Assembly (NCBI GenBank): GCA_963933835.1
Contig: CAWVVV010000004.1
Coordinates: 152,782-216,781, forward strand
DNA length: 64,000 bases
Direction of reading: 5' to 3'
From: an uncultured Puniceicoccaceae bacterium
GTDB taxonomy: Bacteria > Verrucomicrobiota > Verrucomicrobiia > Opitutales > Oceanipulchritudinaceae
The notes under the pieces were generated by a model. That model made no database searches and was not told the origin of the DNA. It worked only from the letters and a program-made list of their open reading frames with translations. Shown in pieces: positions 1 through 10,114 of this stretch; positions within the stretch are counted from its first letter, which is position 1; every line of letters begins with the position of its first letter. Position numbers and translations under genes: made by a program.

Positions 1-833
1 TAGACCGGATTTCCCCACAGTTGCCCTGTTTCTGAGAAGTAGTCGGGCGGGACACCCGCAACTTCAGTACCACGACCGTTTTCATCGAGACAGAAAATAG
101 AACGGTTCGCCCATGTGTCGGCACTGTCTCCAGACGCATAGATCGGCAAATCCCCAATGATCTCTACATTGCGCTCTTTCGCAAATGAGTGAAGCGCCCC
201 CCATTGGCCCCAGAAAATGTATTGGACGAATATGTGCAACTCCTGCTCAAGGACGATATGTTCGGGCTTTTTGGCCCTGGAGGCTCTTTCGTAGTCGGCC
301 CATTCCTCCGGCCAGTCCATCCAGGCGGCTCCGCCGTGAGCCCGTTTGAGCGCCATGAAGAGCGCGTAGGGTTCAAGCCAGTCGGCATGCTTTTTTCGGA
401 AATCTACTAAGCGTCCGAAATTTCCGATGTAAGCTAAGCCACGCATTTTGAAGCGTTCGTGCGCTAGCCTGAGAACCGGCGCATGGATCGCTTGTAAAAA
501 ATTAAAGTCGATTCTGTCGACTGGCAATTCGGCCAATGGGGCGAGCTCATCGTAGGTCAAGAGGCCCGCATCAAGAAAGACATTCAGATCAATCAAGAGT
601 TGGTTGCCGGCAAAAACCGAATAGGCCGAGTAGGGCGAGTTGCCGAAGCCTGTTGGTCCCAATGGAAGGATCTGCCAGTATCCAATTTTTGATTCTGAGA
701 GGTAATCAACGAAGGCATGAGCCGTCGCGCCGATCGTACCAATCCCGTAGGGACCCGGCAAAGATGAAGGATGCAAGAGGACACCAGCCTTGCGTTCAGC
801 GAGCCAGCTAAAGCGACAGGATGTATCAGCCAT
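1..833 (-). CDS. malQ: 4-alpha-glucanotransferase (amylomaltase, GH77), 3' part runs off the window
   Basis: Not in the ORF track. Manual translation from ATG at 833 gives ..RKAGVLLHPSSLPGPYGIG..WQILPLGPTGFGNSPYS..; in the same frame near the edge IIGDLPIY..VAGVPPDYFSETGQLWGNPV. Confidence 0.95.
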   Translation of the reverse strand, partial: MADTSCRFSWLAERKAGVLLHPSSLPGPYGIGTIGATAHAFVDYLSESKIGYWQILPLGPTGFGNSPYSAYSVFAGNQLLIDLNVFLDAGLLTYDELAPLAELPVDRIDFNFLQAIHAPVLRLAHERFKMRGLAYIGNFGRLVDFRKKHADWLEPYALFMALKRAHGGAAWMDWPEEWADYERASRAKKPEHIVLEQELHIFVQYIFWGQWGALHSFAKERNVEIIGDLPIYASGDSADTWANRSIFCLDENGRGTEVAGVPPDYFSETGQLWGNPV

Positions 834-863
834 ACTAGGAAGACTAGGGATCAGGATGCCTGA

Positions 864-1406
864 CTAATTCTGAAGAATTAGCTTAAAAAAGGAGGTATCA
901 AACCCGCGAGACGCTGAGAAATCTAACAACCATTCGCGCGTTTCATAGTCGATGACCTTGGACCTGCTAAGCATGTAAAGATAGTTTCGAGTGGGGTGGC
1001 CAATAAGAAGAATCGACTGGTCCTCATTAGCATAAATCACTCGATAGTCATTTTCGAAAGGCCAAAGGAATTGGATGCTCCAATCAGCATTTGTTTGGAT
1101 CTCATCGATGCGAGCACGGCCAGTGTAGGTTTTGAAAGCCGAGTCGGGTCCCTTAGGGCGAAAAGAATACGCGATACTCAAGGTGCCATTTGGCTGCTGC
1201 GTGAACTGAAATGTTGCATCCGTAGGGTTCCTGTCCAACAGCGTAGGCATTGTCCCAACAACGTAGTACGTGCCTAGGATTTGTTGAATATTTACGAAAT
1301 TCGCTGTGCCTAATTCGCCGTGTTGCTTGAAAGAAAAACAGCCTGTAAAGAAGAGGCATGCGAGAGCGAGAAGGGAAGATTTCCGAACTAAGCTTTTAAA
1401 ATGCAT
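864..1406 (-). CDS. Lipocalin family lipoprotein (Blc-like)
   Basis: Lipobox FTGC; GTYYVVG and IQFLWPFENDYRVI resemble Blc GxWYE / FFWPFxGDYWV motifs. Confidence 0.8.
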   Translation of the reverse strand: MHFKSLVRKSSLLALACLFFTGCFSFKQHGELGTANFVNIQQILGTYYVVGTMPTLLDRNPTDATFQFTQQPNGTLSIAYSFRPKGPDSAFKTYTGRARIDEIQTNADWSIQFLWPFENDYRVIYANEDQSILLIGHPTRNYLYMLSRSKVIDYETREWLLDFSASRGFDTSFFKLILQN

Positions 1407-1509
1407 AATAACGGGAAGCTAAGACCCCGCTTAAAAGGAGCAAGGCCAGAAAAGGGGGCCTAGAGAAATGACTCACGAGTGCTTACGGATGCCTCTCCAC
1501 TGATAACCA

Positions 1510-1537
1510 ATTAGACATAATATATATTGTGCATAAC
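1510..1537 (-). other. dif-like XerCD recombination site
   Basis: Minus strand GTTATGCACAA-TATATA-TTATGTCTAAT versus E. coli dif GGTGCGCATAA-TGTATA-TTATGTTAAAT; 11-6-11 layout, intergenic. Confidence 0.65.
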
Positions 1538-1596
1538 AAACACCCGTGACGTATGTCTAGAGTCATTGATGATAAATGGATAGATAAGCTCGAAGC

Positions 1597-1974
1597 TTAC
1601 GGTATTCTAAGGACGACGTAACCCCGTTTTCCACGAGCGTTCACAAACAGGCTGTTAGCGCCCTTGCGTAATGCCCGCTCTAGTTCCCCGATCGAATTCA
1701 CCTCTATGCGGTTGGCTTCAAGGATGACCATTCCTTCGGCTAGCTTCTTACCATAAGGCGAACGGGCATCTACTGCGGTAACAATGACGCCTTCGCTCGT
1801 ATCTAGATCCCATTCGCTTTTACGGTCGGAGTTGTTTGGCGAAAGCGTGACCCCTTCGAGAAGGTCCCCAACTTCAGGCCCCACGCCAACCCCGGATGGT
1901 TCATCTAGACTAGTAAGAATGACATCAACCGACTCAGGTTCGCCGTCTCGGATGAAACCCGTGAGTTTATATTT
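1597..1974 (-). pseudogene. Orphan C-terminal fragment of a DegP/HtrA protease (end of PDZ1 plus PDZ2)
   Basis: Frame reads FIRDGEPESVDVILT..GVIVTAVDARSP..GMVILEANRIEV..; in-frame TAA at 1975-1977 inside the prs 3' end; no protease domain. Confidence 0.7.
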
Positions 1975-2923
1975 TTAAGCCCTTCATGCGGAAGAGGCTT
2001 GTCACGCTCTGGTGATTGTTCACGCGCAAGATTGCTTCACCAAGCAGGGATGCGACACTCAATACCGTGATGTTTGGCAGACCGCGGGTATCAATCGGAG
2101 TTGAGTTGGTTGTAATGAGTTCATCGAGGAACCCTTCTTTCAGGCGTTCGTAGCCAAATTCATTCAAAACGCCATGACTCACAGCGGCGCGGACCTTTAC
2201 GGCTCCCTCCTGTCGGGCAATCTCAGCTGCAGCCTTGAGCGTCCCTGCAGATTCAGTAAGATCATCGACGAGTAAAACTGACCGCCCTTTGACATCACCA
2301 ACAATGCTGGTCGCTTCAACATTCGTTGCATCCATTCGGCGTTTAGCAACAAAACCGAAATCCACTCCGAGCATGTTTGCATAAGCCGAGGCCATCTTGA
2401 TCCCTCCAACATCTGGCGATATGACGATGATGTTCTCGTCCTTGAACGAGTGGAGATAGTCGTAAAAGACTGAAGACGCGTAGAGATGGTCCACTGGGAT
2501 ATCGAAAAACCCTTGGATCTGTGGTGCGTGGAGATCCATCGTCAGAACCCGGTTGGCTCCTGAGGTGACGAGCAGATTAGCCACCAGCTTTGCGGTGATT
2601 GGAACGCGAGGCTGATCCTTCCGATCTTGACGAGCGTATCCATAGAACGGCAACACCGCTGTGATTCGCTGCGCGGAGGCTCGGCGGGCGGCATCCATCA
2701 TAATGAGCAACTCCATCAAGTTGTCGTTAGCCGGCGGACTTGTCGGCTGAACAATGAAGACGTCTTTTCCTCGGACGTTTTCGTCAATTTTTACAAAGAC
2801 CTCTTGGTCAGGAAAGCGCTTCATTGTGACATGAGCGGGGGTAGCGCCTATAAAGTCGCATATTTCATCCGCGAGCGGCTGGTTAGCGCTCCCTTTGAGG
2901 ATTTTCATCTCGCCGATTTGCAT
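1967..2923 (-). CDS. prs: Ribose-phosphate pyrophosphokinase
   Basis: YGYARQDRK, DLHAPQIQGFF, LLVDDL motifs. Confidence 0.97.
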   Translation of the reverse strand: MQIGEMKILKGSANQPLADEICDFIGATPAHVTMKRFPDQEVFVKIDENVRGKDVFIVQPTSPPANDNLMELLIMMDAARRASAQRITAVLPFYGYARQDRKDQPRVPITAKLVANLLVTSGANRVLTMDLHAPQIQGFFDIPVDHLYASSVFYDYLHSFKDENIIVISPDVGGIKMASAYANMLGVDFGFVAKRRMDATNVEATSIVGDVKGRSVLLVDDLTESAGTLKAAAEIARQEGAVKVRAAVSHGVLNEFGYERLKEGFLDELITTNSTPIDTRGLPNITVLSVASLLGEAILRVNNHQSVTSLFRMKGLKI

Positions 2924-2997
2924 AAGTAGTGTGTGGGAATGGGTGTCTCAGATAGTGAGACATACTGGCAAACTAAAAGGGTCTAAGAGTAAAGTAT

Positions 2998-4029
2998 TTA
3001 TGAAACAGACTTTTCAATCGCCTTCAGTCTGGTGAAAAGTTCGGGAAGCCGGCGCTGATAACTCTCGATACGACGTTGCGCTTGAAACGCTATTGCAGGC
3101 GAGCCTGCATAAGCCTTCCCGCCTTCGAGCGACTTGGCAACGCCTGCCTGTCCTCCTACGATTGATTGATCACCAATCTCAAGGTGTCCCGCAGTGCCGA
3201 CCTGACCGGCGAGGACAACAAAGTCCCCTAGCTTGGTCGTTCCGGCTAAGCCAACGAAGGCACATAGAATGCAGTGCTGGCCAATCTCGCAATTGTGCCC
3301 GATCTGGACTAAGTTATCGATCTTCGTCCCGTGCCCTACCTTGGTTGCAGAGAAGCGAGCTCGATCGATACTAGAGTTCGCGCCGATTTCGACGTCATTT
3401 CCAATCTCTACCGTTCCAATCTGAGGAGATTTCATGTGCCCAGAAGGGCCGCTTTCATAGCCGAAACCATCGGAACCTAGCACGACTCCAGAATGAAGAA
3501 TACAGCGATCACCGATCGAACAATAACTCTGTATTGAGATATGGGGATAGAGCCAACAATCAGCTCCCACAACGACGTCACGTCCGAGATAACAATGACT
3601 TTGCACGACGGCACCCTCTCCTACCACAGCGCCGCCTTCAATCACGACCAATGGGCCAATACTGGCAGACTCCGCAATCTTGGCCGTAGGATCAATGAAT
3701 GCAGAGGGATGGACTCCTGCTGGTGGCATTACTTTCTGGCCTTGTTCTACGAGACCACAGATATGAGCCAGGGCGACCGAAGGATGCTCTACGCGGATCA
3801 ACCACTGGTCGCTCTGCGGGACGACATCCAAACTTTTAGGAATAATGACCGCAGAAGCAGCCGTTTCGCTGAGTTGCTTAGCAAATTTCGGTTTGCTGAT
3901 GAAGGTTAAATCTCCAGCCAAAGCGGTGTCTACACTAGCGATTCCTGAGAGAGATTTGGGGCCGGAGCCCTGAAATTCGGCATCAGGTAAGACGGATCGT
4001 ATCGCTTCAATCGAGAGCTCGATTTCCAT
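2998..4029 (-). CDS. lpxD: UDP-3-O-acyl-glucosamine N-acyltransferase
   Basis: Hexapeptide repeats, GSDGFGY, KIDNLVQIGHN. Confidence 0.96.
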   Translation of the reverse strand: MEIELSIEAIRSVLPDAEFQGSGPKSLSGIASVDTALAGDLTFISKPKFAKQLSETAASAVIIPKSLDVVPQSDQWLIRVEHPSVALAHICGLVEQGQKVMPPAGVHPSAFIDPTAKIAESASIGPLVVIEGGAVVGEGAVVQSHCYLGRDVVVGADCWLYPHISIQSYCSIGDRCILHSGVVLGSDGFGYESGPSGHMKSPQIGTVEIGNDVEIGANSSIDRARFSATKVGHGTKIDNLVQIGHNCEIGQHCILCAFVGLAGTTKLGDFVVLAGQVGTAGHLEIGDQSIVGGQAGVAKSLEGGKAYAGSPAIAFQAQRRIESYQRRLPELFTRLKAIEKSVS

Positions 4030-4074
4030 AGAAAAATTGTCGCTAGGAGCGCAGAATGATCAACAGCCAAAAAC

Positions 4075-4112
4075 AAAAAAAGCCTTCCCCGCGAATTGCA
4101 GAGAAGGCTTTT
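4075..4112. terminator. Intrinsic terminator-like hairpin between skp and lpxD
   Basis: AAAAGCCTTC...GAAGGCTTTT flanked by A and T tracts. Confidence 0.6.
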
Positions 4113-4135
4113 GTAAATTCAGGTGCAGGAAAAAA

Positions 4136-4708
4136 CTAGTTCGAAGGCTGATCTTTATTCAGCTCGTTGATGACCTTGTTCGTGATATCGATTGAAGGAT
4201 CACTGTAAAGAACAGGAGGAAGGCCATTTGAAAGGACGTCAGAAGTATCCAAGACGAGTTGGCTGCCATCACGCAGAGCAACCGCAATGACGACGCGCTT
4301 GATATCTTCGATCAGGTTCTGGTTCCGGCTAGTGCTAGAAGCTTCAGCTTCTTGTTCGCTTTGCTGAGCCCACTCTTGAAATACTGCTTCCTTAGCACGA
4401 AAGGCTTGAATCTCAGGTCCGAGTTCAGACATTTGCTCTTGTTTCGCGGTGTCCGAGAGTCCCGGGTTATCGCGGATTTCAGAAACTTTCGCCTGAAGCG
4501 GCTCTGATTCTGCTTTAAGAGCATCTTGTCGGCTCTTTGCTTCGGTCTGGAGCGATTCAATCGTGCTTCGAATCTTATGGTTCACATCTGCTGTGAGATA
4601 GTAGTTCTCGTGGCACTTTGCGATGCTGACTGTTGCGATTTTGACCTGCGCGTTGAGCGAAAGGGCAAGCATGCTTAAAGCGAGGAATGCGATGATCGTC
4701 TTTTTCAT
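4136..4708 (-). CDS. skp: OmpH/Skp periplasmic chaperone
   Basis: Signal peptide, KIATV start, coiled coil, DITNKVI end; lies between bamA and lpxD. Confidence 0.88.
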   Translation of the reverse strand: MKKTIIAFLALSMLALSLNAQVKIATVSIAKCHENYYLTADVNHKIRSTIESLQTEAKSRQDALKAESEPLQAKVSEIRDNPGLSDTAKQEQMSELGPEIQAFRAKEAVFQEWAQQSEQEAEASSTSRNQNLIEDIKRVVIAVALRDGSQLVLDTSDVLSNGLPPVLYSDPSIDITNKVINELNKDQPSN

Positions 4709-4805
4709 AAAATTGATTCTATTATTTAAGGGTAGTCGTAGAAATGGAGGTTAGTTTGCGACAAAGCGTTCAAAAAAGGGCTGAAATCTATAGCTGGTCA
4801 ACGCT

Positions 4806-7253
4806 TTAAAAGCGGGTTCCGAAGGAGAAGTTGAACTGTGCGCCTTCGTTATTATCGATCACATTACCAGCCTCATCGGTATATCCAGAGGTCAAAGGAA
4901 TGCCGTAGTCTAGGCGCAAAGGATTTCCGAGGACGAGGAGGCGGATGCCTACCCCCCAGTTGTCATTGAATGAATGCGGGCTAAAATTGAAGTCCTCTTC
5001 ATTCAGGAAGCCCCAGTCGTAGAAAATCGCGAGCCGAAGCGTCTCGCCTAGCTTGACCGTATACTCCGCGCTAGCAAAGCCGTAGGTATTGCCACCAACC
5101 GGTTCACCCAAGACGACTGGGCCAACCTCGCGAAACTCGAATCCACGCAGACTGTCTGGTCCACCAAGGAAGAATCTATCGTAGAAAGGAACCTGGCCCT
5201 CAAAGCCGAAGGCAACATCACCGACAAGCGGTGTGCTTGATTCAGCATACGACCAAAACGTCCCGGCACGCGCAATGATTTGCAGGACTTGATCACCCTG
5301 GCGAAATGTAGGAATGAAGACGGCGTTCCTGGATTCGAACTTAAGGTATTCGGTGTCTCCTACAAGGCCTGCCCACGTTGCACCCAGTGAGAAGCGACTA
5401 CCACGCGAGGTGAAAATCAGATCGTTCCGAGTGTCACGTGTCAGCGTCAAAGCAAGCTTGGAAGTCAGGCGTGGATTCGAATCAAGAACCAAGCCAGCGA
5501 TCACCGGCGGGATCAGCGGATTGATGCCGATCTCACCTGTTGAATCGGCACGTAAGAAGCTGTTATTAAAGTCGAGTTCCGTCGATTCGAGGGTGTAAGA
5601 GAGCTGTCCAGAAATCAGACCGATAAGCCTTTTTCGGAGGAATAGGTTAATCCCTGTTCTTAGCTCGTCGTAGATCGAACTATTAAAATCGGATTCTCGG
5701 CGATAGAGCTCAAAGCCACCAGCAATACGGCGCTCAAAGAGCCATGGCTCTTCAAAGTAGAGTGTGACTTCGTTCGAGCGGGAACCGACCGAACCACGAA
5801 GGCGAAACTTTTGGCCATCACCTTGAAGGAGCGGCGAGCGCCACTTCTTGAAATCAAAATTAGACTGCGAAACTTCGAAGAAAACGACGATGTTTTCGAG
5901 CGAACTAAAGCCTGCCCCGAACTGCAGATTACCTGTTCTACCCTCTTTCAGTCGGATCTTGAGATTACGCTTACCGGGGACGTTTGAGGGCTCATCACTG
6001 AGCGAAACATCTTCGAAATAGCGGGTGTTTTTAAGACGCCCTTCCGAATTCTTCATGTAAACGAGGTTGAAGTTTCGGCCAGGAGACAGCGCTAGCTCAC
6101 GGATGACGACCGTGCTCTTTGTTTCCGTATTACCCTCAATGATGATCGATTCGACATCGAAACGTACACCCTCTCGGATACGGAAATTCAAATCGATATT
6201 ACCGGTTTCTATGTTCGCTGTCCGTTCCGGTCGAACAGACGCATCAAGGTAGCCGAGGGAGCCATACAAATCCTGAAGACGCTCAACGTCCTCACCGAGT
6301 AATTTGGGTGAGAAGGTCTCTCCAGGAAGAAGACTTAAAAACGGATAAAGTTCTAGCGTGTTGAAAATCTCATTACCTTCAAATCCAACTCGTCCCACTT
6401 GGTACTGGCGCCCTTCGTCGACCTGCACAGTGAGTTTGATCTTTCCCTTCTTTGGATATTCCAGTCGGACGTTCGACTCAGGGATGCTGATATCAAGATA
6501 TCCCTCTTCGAGGTAAAAACCGCGAAGGTTCTCAAGGTCCTCTTGGAACTGAGTTTCGTCGAAGCGCCCTCCGCCTACGAGCCATGACATAAACCAGCGC
6601 TTCTTGGTCTTCATCCGACCTCTCAGCTTGCGATTTTTGATCTCGTTGTTCCCGATGAATTCAACCTTGGAGATTTTAAAACGGGAACCTTCTTCAATGA
6701 CGAAAGTGACGACTCCGCGCCCTGACTCAGAATTGCGATCGATCTCAAAGTCTACCTTTGCCTGTGTGTATCCGCGTTCTTGATACAGCTCCAGCATCAT
6801 GTTCGCGTCCCTCGTCAGTAGGCGTTCGTCAAGCCCTCCGCCGACCTTACTGTTCATGTCGCGAAGCAGTCTTAATCGACTAATCTTTTTAGAGCCAATG
6901 AGGACAATGTCTTCAACCCGATACTTAGCTAAAACCGAGAAGACGATGTTTACACGATTGTTGGGTAAATCGACGCTGCGAGCCTCGATAAAATCAAATA
7001 CCCCCATATTGTAGAGGGTCCGGATTGAGCGGTCGATGAGCTGCTGATTAAAAACCATTCCGGGGCGTATCTGAATACGCGACAAGATGGCCTCGCGGCT
7101 TACCGTTTTGAGGTCAAAAAACTCAATCTCGATGCCTTCGACGACTGAGTCAACGGGCGTGGATGTCTGAGCAGCGCCCGATAGAGGGAGCAGACAAAGA
7201 ACGAAGAAAAAGAAGCGTGCCAGGTGGCCGCATGTCACCGCTGGATTAAACAT
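4806..7253 (-). CDS. bamA: Outer membrane protein assembly factor BamA
   Basis: POTRA repeats, LRGF motif, C-terminal F; likely start is ATG 7253 overlapping the dnaB stop. Confidence 0.95.
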   Translation of the reverse strand: MFNPAVTCGHLARFFFFVLCLLPLSGAAQTSTPVDSVVEGIEIEFFDLKTVSREAILSRIQIRPGMVFNQQLIDRSIRTLYNMGVFDFIEARSVDLPNNRVNIVFSVLAKYRVEDIVLIGSKKISRLRLLRDMNSKVGGGLDERLLTRDANMMLELYQERGYTQAKVDFEIDRNSESGRGVVTFVIEEGSRFKISKVEFIGNNEIKNRKLRGRMKTKKRWFMSWLVGGGRFDETQFQEDLENLRGFYLEEGYLDISIPESNVRLEYPKKGKIKLTVQVDEGRQYQVGRVGFEGNEIFNTLELYPFLSLLPGETFSPKLLGEDVERLQDLYGSLGYLDASVRPERTANIETGNIDLNFRIREGVRFDVESIIIEGNTETKSTVVIRELALSPGRNFNLVYMKNSEGRLKNTRYFEDVSLSDEPSNVPGKRNLKIRLKEGRTGNLQFGAGFSSLENIVVFFEVSQSNFDFKKWRSPLLQGDGQKFRLRGSVGSRSNEVTLYFEEPWLFERRIAGGFELYRRESDFNSSIYDELRTGINLFLRKRLIGLISGQLSYTLESTELDFNNSFLRADSTGEIGINPLIPPVIAGLVLDSNPRLTSKLALTLTRDTRNDLIFTSRGSRFSLGATWAGLVGDTEYLKFESRNAVFIPTFRQGDQVLQIIARAGTFWSYAESSTPLVGDVAFGFEGQVPFYDRFFLGGPDSLRGFEFREVGPVVLGEPVGGNTYGFASAEYTVKLGETLRLAIFYDWGFLNEEDFNFSPHSFNDNWGVGIRLLVLGNPLRLDYGIPLTSGYTDEAGNVIDNNEGAQFNFSFGTRF

Positions 7254-8733
7254 CAGATGGAGTTCTCGAGAAGTTTTCAAAACGAGTGAATTCAGGAATA
7301 AAGGTAAGTGGTACTTCGCCCGTCGGGCCGTTACGCTGCTTTGCAATCACGAGCAGACGCTCCCGAGAGGCCTGTGGGACGTTGGGGTTATCCTCAGCCT
7401 TGGGATTTGTAGCAAGGAGGAAAACGACGTCGGCATCCTGCTCGATCGAACCAGATTCACGCAGATCACTGATCCGCGGAAGACGCTTCTCCTTCTCGCT
7501 CTCACGATTTAGCTGACTAAGAACGAGAATTGGGATGTTGAGTTCTTTCGCTAGCCCCTTAATCCCTCGACTGATCTCAGCAATTTGCTGTTCACGGGCA
7601 ACGCGATTGTCGATGCCGCTAATCAGTTGGAGGTAATCAATCATTATGAAGCTCAAGGGACGCTTGCGATGTAGACGGCGCGCTTTCGCTCGAAGTTCAA
7701 GAATGTTTAAGTTACTTGAATCGTCGATGTAAAGGGGTGCCTGTTTGAGCTCCTTGGCCGCCTGTGTTAGCTCGTGCATCTGTTGCTTGCCAATCATGCG
7801 ATCACGCACGCGTCCCATATTAACACGGGATCTTCCGCAAATCATCCGCATAGCAAGCTGATCAGAAGGCATTTCGAGCGAGAAAACGAGGGTCGGAAGC
7901 CCATCTCCTTTCAGCGGTCGGGTGACGTGCTCTGCAATATTCATTGCTAGCGACGTCTTCCCCATCGAAGGGCGCGCAGCTAAAACAATCATTTGTCCTG
8001 GGTGCATCCCGAAGGTCATCTTGTCGATGTCGACGTAGCCCGTCGGCACGCCTTCATCCGTATCGCCCTGCATGATACGAGCGACCAGACTCATCGCATT
8101 ATCTACCCCGACCTTGAATTCTTGGGTCGACTCGCTGACGCGGTCCTCGTTGATCGCAAGGATCTCTTTTTCGACCGAATCAATGAAGTGCGATAATTTG
8201 TCCTGCTGGGTGTAGGCCCGCTCGACAATGCTCTGTGAAGACTGGATGAGACGCCGCAGCATCCATTTCTCACGAACAATTTCTAACCAATAGGGAGCGT
8301 GAGCGGTTCCCTCGATCTGGCTGTTGATTTCGTTGACGGTACTAACTCCGCCTACGATATCGAGAAGCGTCGCCTCGGTGTTTTGCCTTAAGCGCTTCGC
8401 ACGGTCGTGGAGCCAAGGAATACTGTCGACCGTCCGGCTCCGCAGCTGGTTGAGCACAAGCAGATCATCGATAGCCTTCCCGTTCGTCGCCAGGTCGACC
8501 ATGACCTGGAAGATGACTTGGTGAGAGAGGACGGAGAAGGCTTCATTGCGCAGCCGTGACTCCATGCATAGAGTCAACGTCTCCTGCGAGCCTTCGAGCA
8601 TGCAGGCCGCGAGCAAACCAGCTTCGGCTCTTTCATCGCAAGGCAGCTCACGGCTGACCGGGCGCGACGAAGTCGACGACCCGCTGACATCACGGGAACC
8701 GTTCGGTACGAAATTTGAACCTCCTTCTGCCAT
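7246..8733 (-). CDS. dnaB: Replicative DNA helicase
   Basis: ARPSMGKT, IDYLQL, LRESGSIEQDAD, KQRNGPTG. Confidence 0.97.
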   Translation of the reverse strand: MAEGGSNFVPNGSRDVSGSSTSSRPVSRELPCDERAEAGLLAACMLEGSQETLTLCMESRLRNEAFSVLSHQVIFQVMVDLATNGKAIDDLLVLNQLRSRTVDSIPWLHDRAKRLRQNTEATLLDIVGGVSTVNEINSQIEGTAHAPYWLEIVREKWMLRRLIQSSQSIVERAYTQQDKLSHFIDSVEKEILAINEDRVSESTQEFKVGVDNAMSLVARIMQGDTDEGVPTGYVDIDKMTFGMHPGQMIVLAARPSMGKTSLAMNIAEHVTRPLKGDGLPTLVFSLEMPSDQLAMRMICGRSRVNMGRVRDRMIGKQQMHELTQAAKELKQAPLYIDDSSNLNILELRAKARRLHRKRPLSFIMIDYLQLISGIDNRVAREQQIAEISRGIKGLAKELNIPILVLSQLNRESEKEKRLPRISDLRESGSIEQDADVVFLLATNPKAEDNPNVPQASRERLLVIAKQRNGPTGEVPLTFIPEFTRFENFSRTPSDV

Positions 8734-8756
8734 TTCTGTCGGTGGCAGTGGGCAGC

Positions 8757-9272
8757 TTAGGCTTTAGCGGGTGCTTCCTCAGCCGAAGCTTCGGACACTT
8801 CCTCAACTTCTTCGATCGCGTTTTCCGATACGACTTCGAAGCTGAGCTCAACAAGCACTTCCGGGTGCAGTTTGATCTTAGCCGTATGACGACCGAGAAT
8901 CTTAACCGGACCAGCGGTTTGCACCTGCTTTTTATCGAGCTCGACGCCTTCTTCGGCGATGCGAGAAACGATGTCGGCGATCGTTACCGATCCGAACATC
9001 TTGCCACCGGGGCCCGTCTTAACCGCGAATGCGATCGAGATCTTCTCAAGCTTAGCAGCCAACTCTTTAGCAGAGTCGAGAAGAACCATCAGTCGGACTT
9101 CAGCGCGCTTTTGAAGGGCTTCGATTTGTTTCTTATTCGCACGTGTCACCGGAACGGCGAGCCCACGTGGGAGGAGATAGTTACGGGCGAAGCCAGCCTT
9201 TACGCTGACTTGGTCACCTTCGTTACCGATACTGTCGACCGGTTGGAGAAGCAAAAGCTCTTGGTTTGCCAT
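8757..9272 (-). CDS. rplI: 50S ribosomal protein L9
   Basis: VKAGFARNYLLPRG, GKMFGSVT; start MANQELLL. Confidence 0.96.
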   Translation of the reverse strand: MANQELLLLQPVDSIGNEGDQVSVKAGFARNYLLPRGLAVPVTRANKKQIEALQKRAEVRLMVLLDSAKELAAKLEKISIAFAVKTGPGGKMFGSVTIADIVSRIAEEGVELDKKQVQTAGPVKILGRHTAKIKLHPEVLVELSFEVVSENAIEEVEEVSEASAEEAPAKA

Positions 9273-9322
9273 GGTTCTAAAAATTTGGGTATTAAATTGT
9301 AAGTGTTTGACGCCTAGTGAGA

Positions 9323-9784
9323 TCAAAAAGGAACGTCGTCGTCTTGAAAATCGTCTGCGGGCGCAGATGATGTTTTGCTCTTTGGGGCAGACGCAGCTCG
9401 CTTAGGCGGGCTCGAATCGTTGCTTCCACCACCGGAACCTTCTTCACCGCGACCTCCTACAAACTGGAAGTTGTCTAAGACGACTCCAAGCTTGGAGCGG
9501 TTTTCACCGCTGGTCTTATCTTGCCATTGGTCAAGGCGGAGACGGCCCTCAATAAAGATACCGCTGCCTTTGGTGCAATACTTCTGAATCGTTTCAGCCT
9601 GTATTCCAAACGCATCAATATCAACATAGGTGACTTCCTCGCGTTGCTCACCTTCCTTGGTTTTGTAGCGACGGTTCACTGCCAAGCCAAGCTTAGCAAT
9701 CGTCAAACCAGAGGGGGTTACCCGAACTTCAGGATCACGGGTAAGGTTTCCCATGAGCATTACTTTATTGTAGGAAGCAGCCAT
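9323..9784 (-). CDS. ssb: Single-stranded DNA-binding protein
   Basis: NKVMLMGNLTRDPE; acidic DDDVPF tail. Confidence 0.97.
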   Translation of the reverse strand: MAASYNKVMLMGNLTRDPEVRVTPSGLTIAKLGLAVNRRYKTKEGEQREEVTYVDIDAFGIQAETIQKYCTKGSGIFIEGRLRLDQWQDKTSGENRSKLGVVLDNFQFVGGRGEEGSGGGSNDSSPPKRAASAPKSKTSSAPADDFQDDDVPF

Positions 9785-9814
9785 TTGAGCAGTCGTTTAA
9801 AGGGTTTCGCGAAA

Positions 9815-10114
9815 CTAGATGCGGTGAACCTGCAAACGCTTGATCGTCTTGTCCAGACGCGTCTTCTCCTCAAGGAGAGCTGGGATGTCTGCACCTCCGG
9901 AAAAGTCGTAGAGGACAAAGATGTCGCCCGCGTGCCGTTTAACCGCACCGGAGACAAAGTCTTTGTGGCCGACATTGTCGACTTTCGTTACCTCGGCACC
10001 GAGTTCTTTTAAGAGGTCACTCACTTTGTTCACGAGATTCTCCACTGGGTCTTGGTAGCCCTGTGTGTTGAGAATCACCGTGGTGCGGTAGTTGCGCATC
10101 ACTGTCTGAGTCAT
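9815..10114 (-). CDS. rpsF: 30S ribosomal protein S6
   Basis: RNYRTTVIL N-terminus, size, position between pth and ssb. Confidence 0.85.
   Translation of the reverse strand: MTQTVMRNYRTTVILNTQGYQDPVENLVNKVSDLLKELGAEVTKVDNVGHKDFVSGAVKRHAGDIFVLYDFSGGADIPALLEEKTRLDKTIKRLQVHRI

Noticed and set aside
164..811. Short ORFs at the window start
   Set aside because: All overlap malQ, which the track missed because it runs off the edge.
9272..9323. rpsR absent between ssb and rplI
   Set aside because: No remnant in the 50-bp gap; probably a lineage-typical gene order rather than a loss, and cannot be judged from this window.
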